Origin: Octopus sinensis
Lineage: Eukaryota
Assembly (NCBI RefSeq): GCF_006345805.1
Contig: NC_043010.1
Location: forward strand, 31,124,001 to 31,188,000
Length of the DNA stretch: 64,000 nucleotides
Direction of reading: 5' to 3'
Shown here: positions 42,283-55,218 of the stretch, one piece after another
How the letters are laid out: the number at the start of each line of letters is the position of its first letter
Position numbering within the stretch: the first letter of the stretch is position 1
The notes under the pieces: generated by a model
The model's input: the letters and a program-made list of their open reading frames with translations, nothing else
What the model was told of the DNA's origin: nothing
Databases searched by the model: none
Program-made: the position numbers and the translations under genes

Positions 42283-43073
42283 ATATCTTAGAGAAGGGCA
42301 TGAACATCACAACATTTCACAATTTTGTCCCCACTTACTCTGAGACCTTGTAACTTATATGAGAATGTAATCTTAGATTAATATCAAAAGTCCAGTTTCT
42401 GTTAAGTGTTGAAACCATTTCACTTACTCAGCAAATGTTAGCAAAAGCATAAACATCCCATCTTCCTACTTCTACCCTTTCCTAACTATCACACATATCT
42501 ACACTTACGTTAATAAATCACTTATACAAGCTAATGAGGTGGGGGAGTATGTGGTATGTGGTCATTCACACTTATTTTAATAGGGAAAGTCACCACAGAT
42601 AATTTTGACCAAGAGACTCCTAAGACGTGGTCACGGCTGGAATGCAACTAATCATAAAATCTGCTAAAATAAGTTAAGCGCTGAAATGGAGTTAAACAAT
42701 AACAAATGATGGTTACAACAGCAGTAAGACCAACAACGTTACTATAGCAACAACTACATTCCTAAACAACGTGTGCACACCAGTCTTGAAATAACATGTC
42801 TCGTCATGAAATAAACATTAATTACTTTGTACTCCAACAACGAAGTTAGGGAAAGATGTTATTACCTTAATATTAACAGTCATCAGAACATACTGCCCTA
42901 TTTTTATGATACACAAAAGTACTGAAAGCCATCAATGTTATAGCATTAACAGTAATGCCACAAAAGCAACGGTAGCAACATCACAATAGCAATGTCATCA
43001 TTACAGTGGCAACGTCATCACAATACTAACACCAATGTAACCCTAGTAATAATATCACAACAGCAACAATATA

Positions 43074-43290
43074 TGAGAGGGAGCTGAAAAGTTCCTGGCT
43101 TTGAGGGTATGACGAAAGGCTTGGTTGGAGGTCCAACCTCCAAAGTTCTTTCAAAGGGCTTAGAAAAACTAAAGGACTGCTGCAATATGTGTGTGAATCT
43201 GAGAGGGGAATATGTTGAATAAAATCACAATTAACTGATCCTCCTCTATTTTCTTTTACTCAAAGCCAGGAGCTTTTCGGCACCTCCTTG
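43074..43290. mobile_element. Mariner-type MITE
   Basis: Inverted ends GAAAAGTTCCTGGCTTTGAG / CTCAAAGCCAGGAGCTTTTC, TA flanks. Confidence 0.75.
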
Positions 43291-43394
43291 TAATAGCAAC
43301 ATCATCACAATAGTAACAATATTGCAGCAACAACAATATCACAATCACAGCATCAATGTTGTAATGGCAGCATAAACATTACAGTAGCACTATC

Positions 43395-43870
43395 CTATAT
43401 TTTTGAGATGAGGAATTATGTACATCATTTATAATGGATGGATAAGTCTCCTCATCTTGTTTGTTGTTATCACAACATTTCGGCTCATGTACTCTCCAGC
43501 CTTCATCAGGTGTTCTGGTGGAATTTCGAACCCAACCCTTTATTTGACTAATGGGGTACACCGTTCTCATTCATAAGCTATGTTGCCGATGTTATTTTTC
43601 TATTGATATTATTTTTCAAATCTCTGCCTGGGATAGAACTTAGAATCCAAGGGTTAGTAGTCCGTGCTCTTATCCACTAGTGGATAAATAATATCAATAG
43701 AAAAATAACATCAGCAACATAACTTACGAATGAGAACAGTGTACCCCATTAGTCAAATAAAGGGTTGGGTTTGAAGTTCCACCAGAATACCTGATGAAGG
43801 CTGGAGAGTAGATCAGCTGAAACGTGATAAAAACAAACAAGATGAGGACACCTATCTGTCCATTATAAAT
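43395..43870. mobile_element. Foldback element: two inverted hammerhead-bearing arms around a truncated tRNA-like head
   Basis: 43425-43613 is inverted at 43687-43870. CTGATGA is at 43503-43509 (minus) and 43791-43797 (plus). The spacer reads CTAGTGGATAAGAGCACGGACTACTAACCC..AAGTTCTATCCC on the minus strand. Confidence 0.8.
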
Positions 43871-43907
43871 AGTTACAGTAGTAGTAATATCACAATAGCA
43901 ACAACAA

Positions 43908-44525
43908 GGTATGTTTCTTTACTACCCACAAGGGGCTAAACATAGAATGGACAAACAAGGAGAGACAAACGAATTAAGTCGATTACATCGACCCCAGTGC
44001 ATAACTGGTACTTAATTTATCGACCCTGAAACTGACTGACTGACTTGACAGCATTCACCCGGGGTGGGTTGAGCTGGCTTCATTCATCCTCAATGCTGCA
44101 TCTCTCACAAACGCCGACCAGGCCTGGCGATTTAAGGCTAACGACCGCGTGATCTCCAACCACTCCTTATTCCAGTGGCGAACGCTGTAGATATGGGGGC
44201 CTAGGTTGGGTTCCAGATCAGCCTTGACTGTCATCAACCAGGTTTTCATTGTCCACCACATCGCTTTCGCCAACCCTGAAGGGGAGCTGGGGCAATTGCT
44301 TCGTAGATGAATTCTCCTGGTTGACGACGGAGGGCATGACCCAGCCAACGCAGACGTCTCGTTAGGATGACTTGTCGGAGGGAGGTGATTCTGCACTGGT
44401 GTCGCACCGAATTGTTGATGCGACCCCGAAAAGATGAAAGGCAAAGTCGACCTCGGCGGAATTTGAACTCAGAACGCAACGGCAGACGAAATACGGCTAT
44501 GCATTTCGCTCGGCGTGCTAACGGT
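43908..44525 (-). mobile_element. SINE (GTCGACTTTGCCTTTCATCC family) hosting the RTE fragment
   Basis: The two halves are contiguous once the insert is removed. Related copies lie at 1-137, 38445-38660, 40875-41080, 50890-51005 and 62585-62800. Confidence 0.75.
44032..44420 (-). mobile_element. RTE-type LINE 3' fragment inserted in a SINE
   Basis: RRLRWLGHALRR..WRKRCGGQ/WKTW..LALNRQAWSAFV; (TCAG)n tail; near-perfect TSD CGACCC(T/C)GAAA at 44021-44031 and 44421-44431. Confidence 0.85.
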
Positions 44526-44984
44526 TCAAGATAGCAGTAACAACAATGTCACAACAGTAATATAAGCATTGCAGTAGTAGTAGCACCACAATAGCAACGT
44601 TATCATCACAGCTGCAACAATGTCTCGATAGCACATGACAGTGGCAACAACTCTGCGATAATAACATCACAACAGCAGCATTGACATTTCACTAGTAATA
44701 GCATAATCGCAACAACAATGTCACAATAGCAACCCCAGCAGAATAACAGCAATGCTGCAATGGAATCATAAACACATAGCAACACAAACATTAGATTAGC
44801 ATCATCAATCACACGATAATAGTAACAATCAGTCAATCAAATCAGCTATTCCTCATCTACCATTGCTGATAAATGCCTTCTCCTCATCTCTCTATAAATT
44901 TTGGCTTTTGGGTATCCCATTTCCAAGTTTTATAATAGTTCCAAGTTGTTGCTGTAGGATAATTCAGATGTTGCATCAACACTA

Positions 44985-45676
44985 TGAGGTGGTATCAAAA
45001 TTTCCTGAACTAGTTCTGTAAAATGCCAACAGATGGCAGCACATTGATGTGTGTGCAGAGTGACATCATTGTGTTTACTTCGCAAGTTATCCGATTTGTG
45101 TTTTTGTGATTACATGTATGCTGTAGTCTGTGATTTTTGTCATGGACAGGAACAAAAAGCTAACAGGGAAGTCTGCTATAGAGACACTGAGCATGCATCA
45201 GCAAGTGTTATGTATGCAATGTTTTGTATGGCATAGATGCTTCATAAGTGGAAGAACATTCCTGGAAGATGAGGAGCTATCTAGAAATGCAGTATTGTGC
45301 ATTAAGAATTTGACCCCATGGCCAGACTGTCAATCAAGAGTTCTATTGTGACATTTTGAAGTGTTTGAGGGAGGGCATTCAGCAAAAGCAACTGGATCTG
45401 TGGAGCGCAAAGACAGGTGTTTCTCGCCAAAAACAACATGGTATCACTTCTGCATCCGCCCTATTCACTAGATTTAGCACCTATGGACTTCCATCTTTTC
45501 CCCAAGATGAAGATGCAGCTCAAAGGTTACCATTTTTAACACCATTGCTGTGATCCAGAGAGAATCACAGAGGGTCCTTGGCTCACTTATGGAAAATGAC
45601 TTCCAGGACGAATTCCGAAAGTGGCAGGAAGACTGAGACTAGTATATTGCTGCACAAGGTGACTATTTTGAAGGTG
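44985..45676 (+). mobile_element. Mariner fragment, same family as 14438-15367
   Basis: Shared 5' end (GAGGTGGTATCAAAA..CTAGTTCTGT) and shared internal segments. Confidence 0.75.
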
Positions 45677-48610
45677 TTGGGCTTCTTTCAATTTCCATCT
45701 ATTAAATCTACTCCCAAGCTTTGGTCAACTGGAGGCTATAGAGATGACACTCACCCTAAGCTGCTCTGCAGTGGAGTTGAACCCAACACCGCCGGGCAGG
45801 GAATCAAGCTTCTTAACCACACCCGCATGTACAGCATCAATATAGACAGGTGCAGAGAAGTGAAGAGGCTGTTTTTTTTTTATATGCTTTTCAATATGCA
45901 GGTTACAAATATGCAAGCATAAAGAAAAAAAATTTCTGTTCAACTTATCCTCTTTTAAATCAGAAACTAACTAAAGCTAAGGATTTACTGCTGCATTTTA
46001 GCCCATTGTGCTTAGAGAGCTAAATAAACACCTTTTCTTGACAACGGCATTTAGGGAGCTAGATGAATATACTAGGTATTAGGGAGATAAGTAAGACCTG
46101 TTGTAGATAATGGGTGTTTAGGGAGCTAGTGCCATAGTAGACATGCAAAGCATATAGGGGACCAAGAAAACATGACCCCCAAATTAGGATTGAATTTAGG
46201 GGACTTCAAATGCACCTATTTGTCTTTTTGATGCCACTGAAATGGCCTGTGTAAGTAACTTTTTATCATCATAGTTACAAACACAGCATCAAATATGGCG
46301 TCTTGAAAAATGTTTTGGATAAAAAATAAAAACAAAAATCCCTTAAAAAAAACATGCTTTGTTTATCTTTCTTCCACCTGCAACACTCTGAAACGTTAAT
46401 GCTCAAAACATGAATAATTCAAAGACCTGTCATTATTTTTGTCAAAGAATAACAAAAAGCTTGTGAGCATAAATATAAATGTATGTGTGTGCGTGTATAT
46501 ATGGAACCTGCAGAAGAGGTAGACCCAGGAGGACATGGGATGAGGTGGTGAAGCATGATCTTCAAACACTGGGCCTCATGGTAGGTAATGACTACTGACC
46601 AAGATTTTTGGCAATATGCTGAGCTTGAGAAGACCTGTCAAGCCAAGTGAAATCATAGTTGTGGCTGATGCCAGTGTCACATTATTGGTAACCATGCCAC
46701 CGGAACATAAAAAGCACCTTTTGAGTGTTGGGCCTTAGGGAGGCAATGATAAATGACCAAGACCTTCAGCAATATGCCGTGCTTGTGTAGAAGAGCCATC
46801 AAGCCAAATGAAATTGTAGTCGTGGCAGATACTGGTGTCACACAACAGGCATGTAAAAGCATTTATTACACTCTTGGAGTGCAAGAATCAGCTGACTAAC
46901 ATGACATGAAAGGTCCCTATCAAAATTTGAAGGGGGTATTTGCTCCAAATAAAGAAGGGTACGCTCCTATTCATTTCACATAGACCATAGCAACATACAG
47001 AAACATTGGGCAGAACATTTTAAAGATGTATTTTGTAAGATACAAAAGTAGAGATGATCTCAATCAATAATATCCTCCAAAGACCGGTAATTGACTCTTC
47101 TGCATTAGATCCATGAGGAGGCTACAGGGATACTAGCAGTTTGGCAATGCACACACACACACAGTTAAGTACTCATATACATGCAGTTCTCTAAACGAAC
47201 AAACTGAGCAACGAACGGATTTTCTGAAGGAAATTAAGCTCGCATAAAGAGCTGAAATCTGATCAGCAAACTACAAGCAGACTATGCATGCATATAAGTG
47301 ACTGTGAGTCTAATCGCTGAATAAGCTGAAATTGAACAACAAATCACAAGTAGACTACGCACGCGTACAAACGCTGGTAGAACGTGCACAAACGGCTCGT
47401 TAACGTTCAGGTACGGACATCATTCAGCTTGCAAGGTTTCAGGTTTTATATATGAAATAACGATATGGCTCATATTTGGATCGACAGAAGCATGACAAAG
47501 GATAAAAAAACGCGCGCGTGCACACACATATATACATGCAAGTAATATATTTATGTATTTGCTATTGATAGATGAGTAAAAAAAATACATTTCATGTGTT
47601 TATGTGGAGTTTGCCCTGAAACGGATTACCTCTGTTTATATCCATTTCAATTACTCAAGTAACGAACAGGCCTCCCGAACAGAATTATGTTCGTATATAT
47701 TGACCCCACTCGGTATGTGCGCACGAGTACACACTATATATGTGTGTGTGCGTGTGTGTGTGTACATATAAGCATAGAGATATAAAAGTAGAGATGTCGA
47801 CAGTTAGAGATAAGGATAAGAAACTTTCGTAACTGGTCATAAAACTTTAAATGTTTGGGTAGGGGAACCGGAAATGAGATGATACCTCTGTGTACAATTA
47901 AGCGACAGATAACAATGGGTATTATAACCGAAACCATTATATATATATATATATATATATATAAATATAAATTTGAGATAATTAGACTGATGGCGTTCAG
48001 AATTTTGCGTCTATCGCTAATCATAACACTGCATTTAACGTAGACTACCACGTATGTAGTTACATAATATTTTTCTAATTTACATTTACTGACACCCACT
48101 CAGCGGCATGTCTTTATATATACATATTGTTGTTGTTTTTCGGCAAATACAAACTTCTATACCATATGGCAATCAACAGAGGACGTTATACATATATACA
48201 TGTATATTAAAAGCAGTTATAATTGTAAATTACAGCGATACCATCTGCTTCATTCATTTTTTTCCTCTTAATATCGAACACATTCATTTAATATTAATGA
48301 AGACTGTAAGCTAGCTTACATAAAGATAGCTAGCAGTGTGTTTATTTATAGCAGCTATTCCATCATCAAAAAAAGGGCTCCACATAGGTGCAGGGTCTGC
48401 TGTTACAAATAGCAGCCAAATCTCCCTCAAATTTCACCCTACCGCCTTAAGAAGGAAGGACGGACTGAATGATGTTGTTTTCGAGTATAATGCTTGAATA
48501 AAACATCATGGCTGGAATGTGCAGTCATTGGTATACTAAATAGGGGCCAACATGGCTCTCAACAATAAGAACAACAACAAAAGGTGTAAGATATTATAGG
48601 AGGTACTCAC

Positions 48611-48613
48611 CAT
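48611..48613 (-). CDS. CETN2: Centrin exon 1, coding part (ATG only); 5' UTR extends to higher coordinates
   Basis: Minus strand reads ...CCTAACAATATG|GTGAGTAC, an ATG followed directly by a strong donor. It joins exon 2 in phase 0 to give MASYKK, in a CpG-retaining region. Confidence 0.8.
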
Positions 48614-51130
48614 ATTGTTAGGAGTTCTGTTGACTGTTGTTGTTCTTAGAGATGACCTAATCTCGTTCACGTTGGTTTCTCTCGCTGATTCACGAGAGAT
48701 GTTAAAATCTCCTTAGAGGTCATTCTATACGAGATTTTGATTGCATGTGGTGTGTCTCTCTCTTTTCTCCGTCTCTGTCCTCATCTCTTCTGTCACTTTC
48801 TTATTTTTTCCCGTTCATTCATTCGTAGTTGGGTGATATTTAACTACAGGACAGCCTTTGACGAGCCGACTTGTGGATCAAAGGTTTCCAGCCGTAATCA
48901 TCCCGATGCTTTCATCAAGACAACTGAAGTTGAATTTTCTCCGTTGTGACGGGGAGTTTTCCAATTTATTTTCACCACGGCTTTCGATATGATTGAGAAG
49001 CTTTTTATGACAAAAAAATTTTTGAAAATTTATAATTTTTTTCACACATCTCTTTCCCTAAAACCCCCTCTGGAATGGGTATGACCGATTTTCTTTAGCA
49101 TTACTCACTTAGAAACGACTGGAGAAATCTTTTCGGTTAAAAAAAAAAAAATTGAAAATATTTTCTGACGAAAAAGTCTGTGATTTAAGGAACATTTAAC
49201 TGTTGTTTGTGCTACATCCCACGACCACCGGGTAATTTCGTCGTTTCTGTCACTCTGACGTGTATTGATGTTCTTCAATATTTTTCTCCTCATAAACATA
49301 TTTTATGGAATGATGATGCAAAAGTAACACACTAGTTCTGTTTAGCCCAAGGATGGTCCATCGCTGGGATTTAAGCACCAAACGAGTCTGTTTGCGTGTA
49401 TGTAGGGGAACACATTTACTAACAGAAATGTACGCTATTAAAATAAATTATCTTTTACATACCTTTTTTTGGCGATGTTTCGTATGTCGTAGATCAGATT
49501 TCCGTCGATTTCCGTAAAAATTTTTTATTTTTTTACATAAGTAATGAGAGCGAAAGAGACTAAGAGGAAGCGATTTTACGACGATAAGGTTTTCTTTGAA
49601 GTCGGCCTGTGTGCGTTTGATGGGGTGTGGGAGACAGACAGTATGTTGTGTAAGTGAAGTGCTTCTGTTAGTGTGTGCGAAGAGACAGAGAGAGTAATGT
49701 GTGAAAGAGAGAGATAACTGATTTTTTACTCGGTGTATGTGTATATGTATGTATGCATGTATGTGTGTGTGTGTGTGTATGTATCTATGTATGTGTGTGT
49801 GTAAGTATGTGTGTGTGTATGTATGTATGTATGTATGGCCGAAAGAGGGTGGGACATTGAAATTGTAGCAGTCGTTTTGATAGTGATTCCTTTGGTTGTT
49901 CTGTTGATGACAACTGATGTGCTTGCTTATATTAAGACCCAGAAGGATAGATATATCATTGAGAACAATAAATTTAGTTGATTTAGCTTATGGTGTACTA
50001 GAAGAGGTTAGAAAGGGTCAAGTGGTGAAGACATTATTTCGGCCTAGCTAAAGGCATCTGGAAAATGTAAAACTGCTGCCAGAGAATAACGATTCGCGAC
50101 ACATTAAACAAAAAGGTTAAAACAATATTTTTTTTTTTTTTACTGTTTTAGTCATTAGACGGCGTCCATACTGGAGTGCTTATTTTTTTAAAGTCTGGTA
50201 CTCGTTCTATCGGACTTCTTTTGCCGAACTGCTAAGTTATTTATTTTTAAATGGCATCATTGAAATAAAAGAACAGTGGTGTGGGCTAAGTCGGTGGAGC
50301 GTTCGACAAAAAGCCACGCGCTCTTTTAGCTGTGTGTCCGAGGGAATTTCGAGTTGAGAATTTTTAGGGATATGTTTCCTTGCTTCAGTCAATAGATTGC
50401 GGTCAAGCTGGGGCACTGCCTTGTTGAAAAAATAGTCTTTCTTCTTCCAAACGTAATTACAAGTGTTCCAGAATATGGAATAATTCCTTAAAATAACGAA
50501 AGATAACGAAAAAAAAAAAATTCATTTTAATTGTGGCAGTTATTCCGAAGGAGCGATGGTGGGAGGGGGCAAGTTTGTAAAAACATGAATTTTTGAAAAT
50601 TTTTTGTTACAGTGCAAATTACAGTGCAAATTAATCGCCATATGGGTGATCCTTCGGTATTGATCTGCATGAATGTCAGTCATTTACTCTCTTTATCAGC
50701 TTAGTCCCTTTCTCTGTCATTATTGAAAATTGTGTGGTGAATGTCTACCAATACCGAAAGATTGCTTTACAGGTGTTTTAGATTGTCTTACATGTGTTTT
50801 CTTGTAAAAATGACAGCAAAAAAATAGCGAGAAAAATTGAAGAAATTCCATTTTGTGTGAGACAGTTATTCGGAACGAAATTCTATCGTGTGCCTTAAAC
50901 ATTTTGAGTTCAAATCCCGCCACGGTCGAATTTGCTGTTCGTCATTTCGGGGCTCGATAAGATAGAGTACCAAGAGTACCAATCAAGTACTGGGGTAATC
51001 GATTGCTGCTCTTCTCAGGAGCCATAAACAAATACACGTTGTCAGTTGACGTAAACGGTACCAGAACCGTAACATCGCCTACTTTTCTAGTGCATAGTTT
51101 TCTAGTGTATATATATATATATATATATAT

Positions 51131-54100
51131 TGATTGATTGATTGATTGATTCTAGTTTCAGCTCATGAGCTGAGGCCATGCTGGGGCACCGCCATTTGGT
51201 GTTGCTACATGGTTTTACTTCACGAATGCTTTTTAGCAACTGCCATTTGGTGCATGAGAGAGTTCGATGCAGCTGTCCTCATCTGCACCTCCTGCCGTGA
51301 AGTTGGTTCATCTGGGACACCTGACAGGAAGAGATCCAGTTTCATTTTAAAGACATCTGCATCCACCCCATGCAGGTCTCTTAGGTTCTTCGGGAGGATA
51401 TTGAAGAGCTGTGGGCCTCGGAAGCCCAGGCTATCACAGTATCTTGTCCTACATCTTGATGGCAAATTTGGAGTCCTAGGCACCACGCAGTGGCGCCCAG
51501 TTCTGGCATTTGTGTAACTCTCGATGCCAAAGTTCAGGACACTTCCTCCAGGAGCTTCCAGATGTATATTATGGCATATCTTTCCCGCCTACGCTCAGGG
51601 AATATAATTTTAATCTCTTGAGTCTTTCCCAGTAGCTTACATTCTGCATAGAGGCTATCTTCTTCGTGTAGCTTCGTTGGATCGCCTCAAGTTCTGTGAT
51701 CAACTTGACACTGGATGGTGACCATAGCTGAGAGCAATAGTCAAAGTGGCTTAAGACAAGTGTCTTCCAGAGGACCATCATGGTTTCTTGTTCTCTTGTT
51801 CTAAAGGTTCTAAGAATCCAGCCAGCCAGCCGTCCGTCTACATTTCATCGTCATTTTAGCAACATGTACATGAAAGGTCACGTCATCACTCATGTGAATA
51901 CCCAGGTCACGCACTGATTGTGCCTCTGGGATTGCAATCCCTCCGGGTCCAGTGTATTCATTGGGTATTGCATTCAGTTTTGCATGCTGATAGTATAAAG
52001 CTTGAAACTTTCCAGCATTGAACTGCATGCTATTCTTTTCAGCCCACTTGTATATTTCGTCCAGCTCACATTGCAGGTGTTTAGTGTCCTCAGGGTTCTG
52101 TATTGCCTGTGAAACTTTTGTATCATCTGCATAACTTGTGATCGTGACTCTCTGCGTGGCTGAGGGCATGTCTGAGAGGGCCATTATGAACAGTAGTGGT
52201 CCCAGAACAGTGCCCTGCGGAACACCGCTCACTATTTGTGTGTTAATGGAGGTGGCCCCATTGGCTACTACCACCTGACTTCTATCCTTCAGAAAGTCAT
52301 GAAGCCATTCTCCCAGTTTTCCAACTATGTTGAGATCACGCAGTTTGTGACATATCATTCCATGATCGACTTTATCAAAGGCCTTTGCAAAGTCGAGATA
52401 TATCACTTCCACATTTGAGTGGTTGAGCAGCCGTTTCAGCACCCAGTCATAGTGTTGTAGGAGCTGAGTTAAACAGCTTCTCCCTGGTCGGAAACCATGT
52501 TGGGTGTCGGGCAGCAAGTCATTCTCTTCAAGGAAGGTGATCAGCTTCCTTCTGACTATTCGTTCCATGACCTTGCTGATGTGTGAGGTCAGAGAGATAG
52601 GTCTATAGTTCTTGGCTTCCGCTCTGCTACCTCCTTTATGAATGGGGCATATTTTACCTTCCTTCAGTTTTCCTGGAAGTTTGCCAGCTGCAAGGAAGCT
52701 CTGAAAGAGGAACTGCAGTGGTCTTGCTAGGACTCTCTTACATGCTTTTAGGAGGATTGCCGGGAATCCATCGGGGCCAGTAGCTGAGTCTGTTTTCATT
52801 TCATCTATAGCCTTGGTTACATCGTCTTCCTTTATATCGATGTAATCTATCGTCGCCGCCTCTGATTTTATATCTGCAGTGGTAAAAAAGTCAGTTGGAT
52901 TGGTGATTTGGAGATGCCCAAGGGGTGGAGTGAAAACACTCTTGAATTGCTCATTCAGTATTTCACTTACCCTCATTGGTTTTCCTGTAAGTGTGCCATC
53001 CTTTTCGAGGAGTGGCCCTATTCTACAGTGCACTGTAGCTGTTTCTTTGGCATACCTGTAGAAAGCTCTGGGGTTAGATTTTATGATTTCTATAGCCCAG
53101 GTTTCTTTGTCTGCTCTTTCTTTTCATGGGAGAGTTGCAGACATTTTTCGATTTCCAACAGTTTATTTTTAGGCGGGACTTTTCACTGCTTTCAATCTGT
53201 TTGTTTAGGCGATTTGAAAATTTCGTACGCCGTCTCATTAAAATTTTCCTCTCTCTGGGGATTTTGTTCTTGTGTACAGTGGCCTTTCTCTCTGGGACAC
53301 ATTTGTAGCATATGGCTTGCATTACAGACATGAATTGTTGAAGTTTCACGTCGATGTCTGGCGAGGAGAGACATTTAGGCCAGTTTTGTTTGAGGATCTC
53401 TTTCTCAATTGTTTCCAGTTTGCCTTATGGTAGTTCAAGCTGGAAAGATTTTGAGGGTTTCCTGTAGGCTGCATGTCCGTGCTCTCTTTTGGCCCGTACA
53501 TGGTCAGCTCTATCATGTTGTGATCCGAGAGTAGTGTCGGTGTCACTTTCACATTATGGATGAGATCCATTTGTCATTTGTGAAGCAGAGATCCAGTGTG
53601 TTACCTGCCCTGGTTGGTTGGAGTATTACCTGCTCCATGTACAGGGTGTTGATGAGGTTCAGGAGGGACCTCGCCTGTCCTCGTTCACATCTTGTCATTC
53701 CTGGGAGAGAAAGGCCCTCGGGCCATCTGACATTGGGCAGATTGAAGTCTCCCATAAGAAGCACACCTATGTGTTGTTCTAATGTGGTTAGAATTTCTTC
53801 TATTTTTATAAGGCAATCTTCAAACTTGCCCACATGGCTTGGGGCATCTGGAGGGCGATATGTAGCACACACAACTACATCAAGTTGCCTAATATGTACA
53901 ATTAGTGTGTCACACACCGAGTTTGAGTATGACAAGAGGACCTGGGGTGTGAGGTCCTCCCGGATGTACATAGCAACACCTCCATGACTCCTTTCTTTCC
54001 TGTCGGTCCGTAGTACAGCATACTGTGGTATATGTAACTCCGCATCTGCTATGTCCGGTTTCAGGTGCGTTTCCGTAAGTGCTATGCATAAGGCTTGATT

Positions 54101-54503
54101 GCATGCAACAAAGTCTCTCAGGAACGGGATCTTTGTCCTGTTACTGAGTGTTTGCAGTCCTCTGATGTTCAGTAGGAGCATCGAGGTGAGGTGTACGTTG
54201 TTGCCGGCGGTGTCCATCCTGTGTCTGTTTGCTGTGGTGGTCTGGTATATAGTGGGTAGTCCCACCTGCGGGCTTGGGTTTGATGAAGCCAGGTCAGCTG
54301 CTGTACAATCTTTTGTGCCATGCACAAAAAGATTGTTGCTCAGCAGCTGCTCTTTCGACAACATCATGTTGGTGGTTTGTGGCGCGCACAACATCTGCGT
54401 ACCTCCGCTTTGGGGCAGGTGGTGCGTGGTCCATCCCTTTTCTTTGTGTTGATGGTTTGTCCATCTGCCTCGTGTCTCTGTGGCAGGGTCCCCGATGTGC
54501 ATA
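51131..54503 (-). mobile_element. CR1-clade-like LINE, 5'-truncated, ORF2 (APE endonuclease and reverse transcriptase) with frameshifts
   Basis: Endonuclease motifs LLNIRG, IALTETHL, GGVAMYI, MGDFNLP, NTLDL, SDHN. RT motifs YRPISLTS, QHGFRPGRSC, YLDFAKAFDKV, GVPQGTVLGPLLF, YADDTK. (ATCA)n tail; inserted in (TA)n. Confidence 0.95.
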
Positions 54504-54511
54504 TATGTATG

Positions 54512-54590
<79 letters not shown>

Positions 54591-55218
54591 ATATTTAAAT
54601 TGAAGGAAGGTATGTGTGTGTGAGATATATAAGCACTCCAGTATGGACGCTGTCTAATGACTAAAACAAGTAAAAGAAAAAAAAATATTGTTTTAACCTT
54701 TTTTGTTTAATGTGTCGCGAATCGTTATTCTCTGGCAGCAGTTTTACATTTTCCAGATGCCTTTAGCTGGCCGAAATAATGTCTTCACCACTTGACCCTT
54801 TCTAACCTCTTCTAGTACACCATAAGCTAAATCAACTAAATTTATTGTTCTCAATGATATATCTATCCTTCTGGGTCTTAATATAAGCAAGCACATCAGT
54901 TGTCATCAACAGAAAACAACCAAAGGAATCACTATCAAAACGACTGCTACAATTTCAATGTCCCACACTGTTTATCACCTTAATACCTTCAACGCACCTC
55001 TGTAACAACTTTGTCTTTCTCCACGATTGAACGAACAGACAGTTTGGAACGTAATATCTTTATTTTATTTTATTTTTGTTTTGCACACTAACACACTCAC
55101 AAGCACACACACAGACACACAAGCACACATACACACACACATATCTGGCAACAGACTCTCCTGTACATTTTCTTAATTACTATTAATTACATCATATACT
55201 CTTCCATAAGATCCCACT

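Noticed and set aside
52908-53987. Plus-strand ORFs of 141-143 aa (also 51146-51517)
   Set aside because: Antisense shadows of the LINE ORF2.
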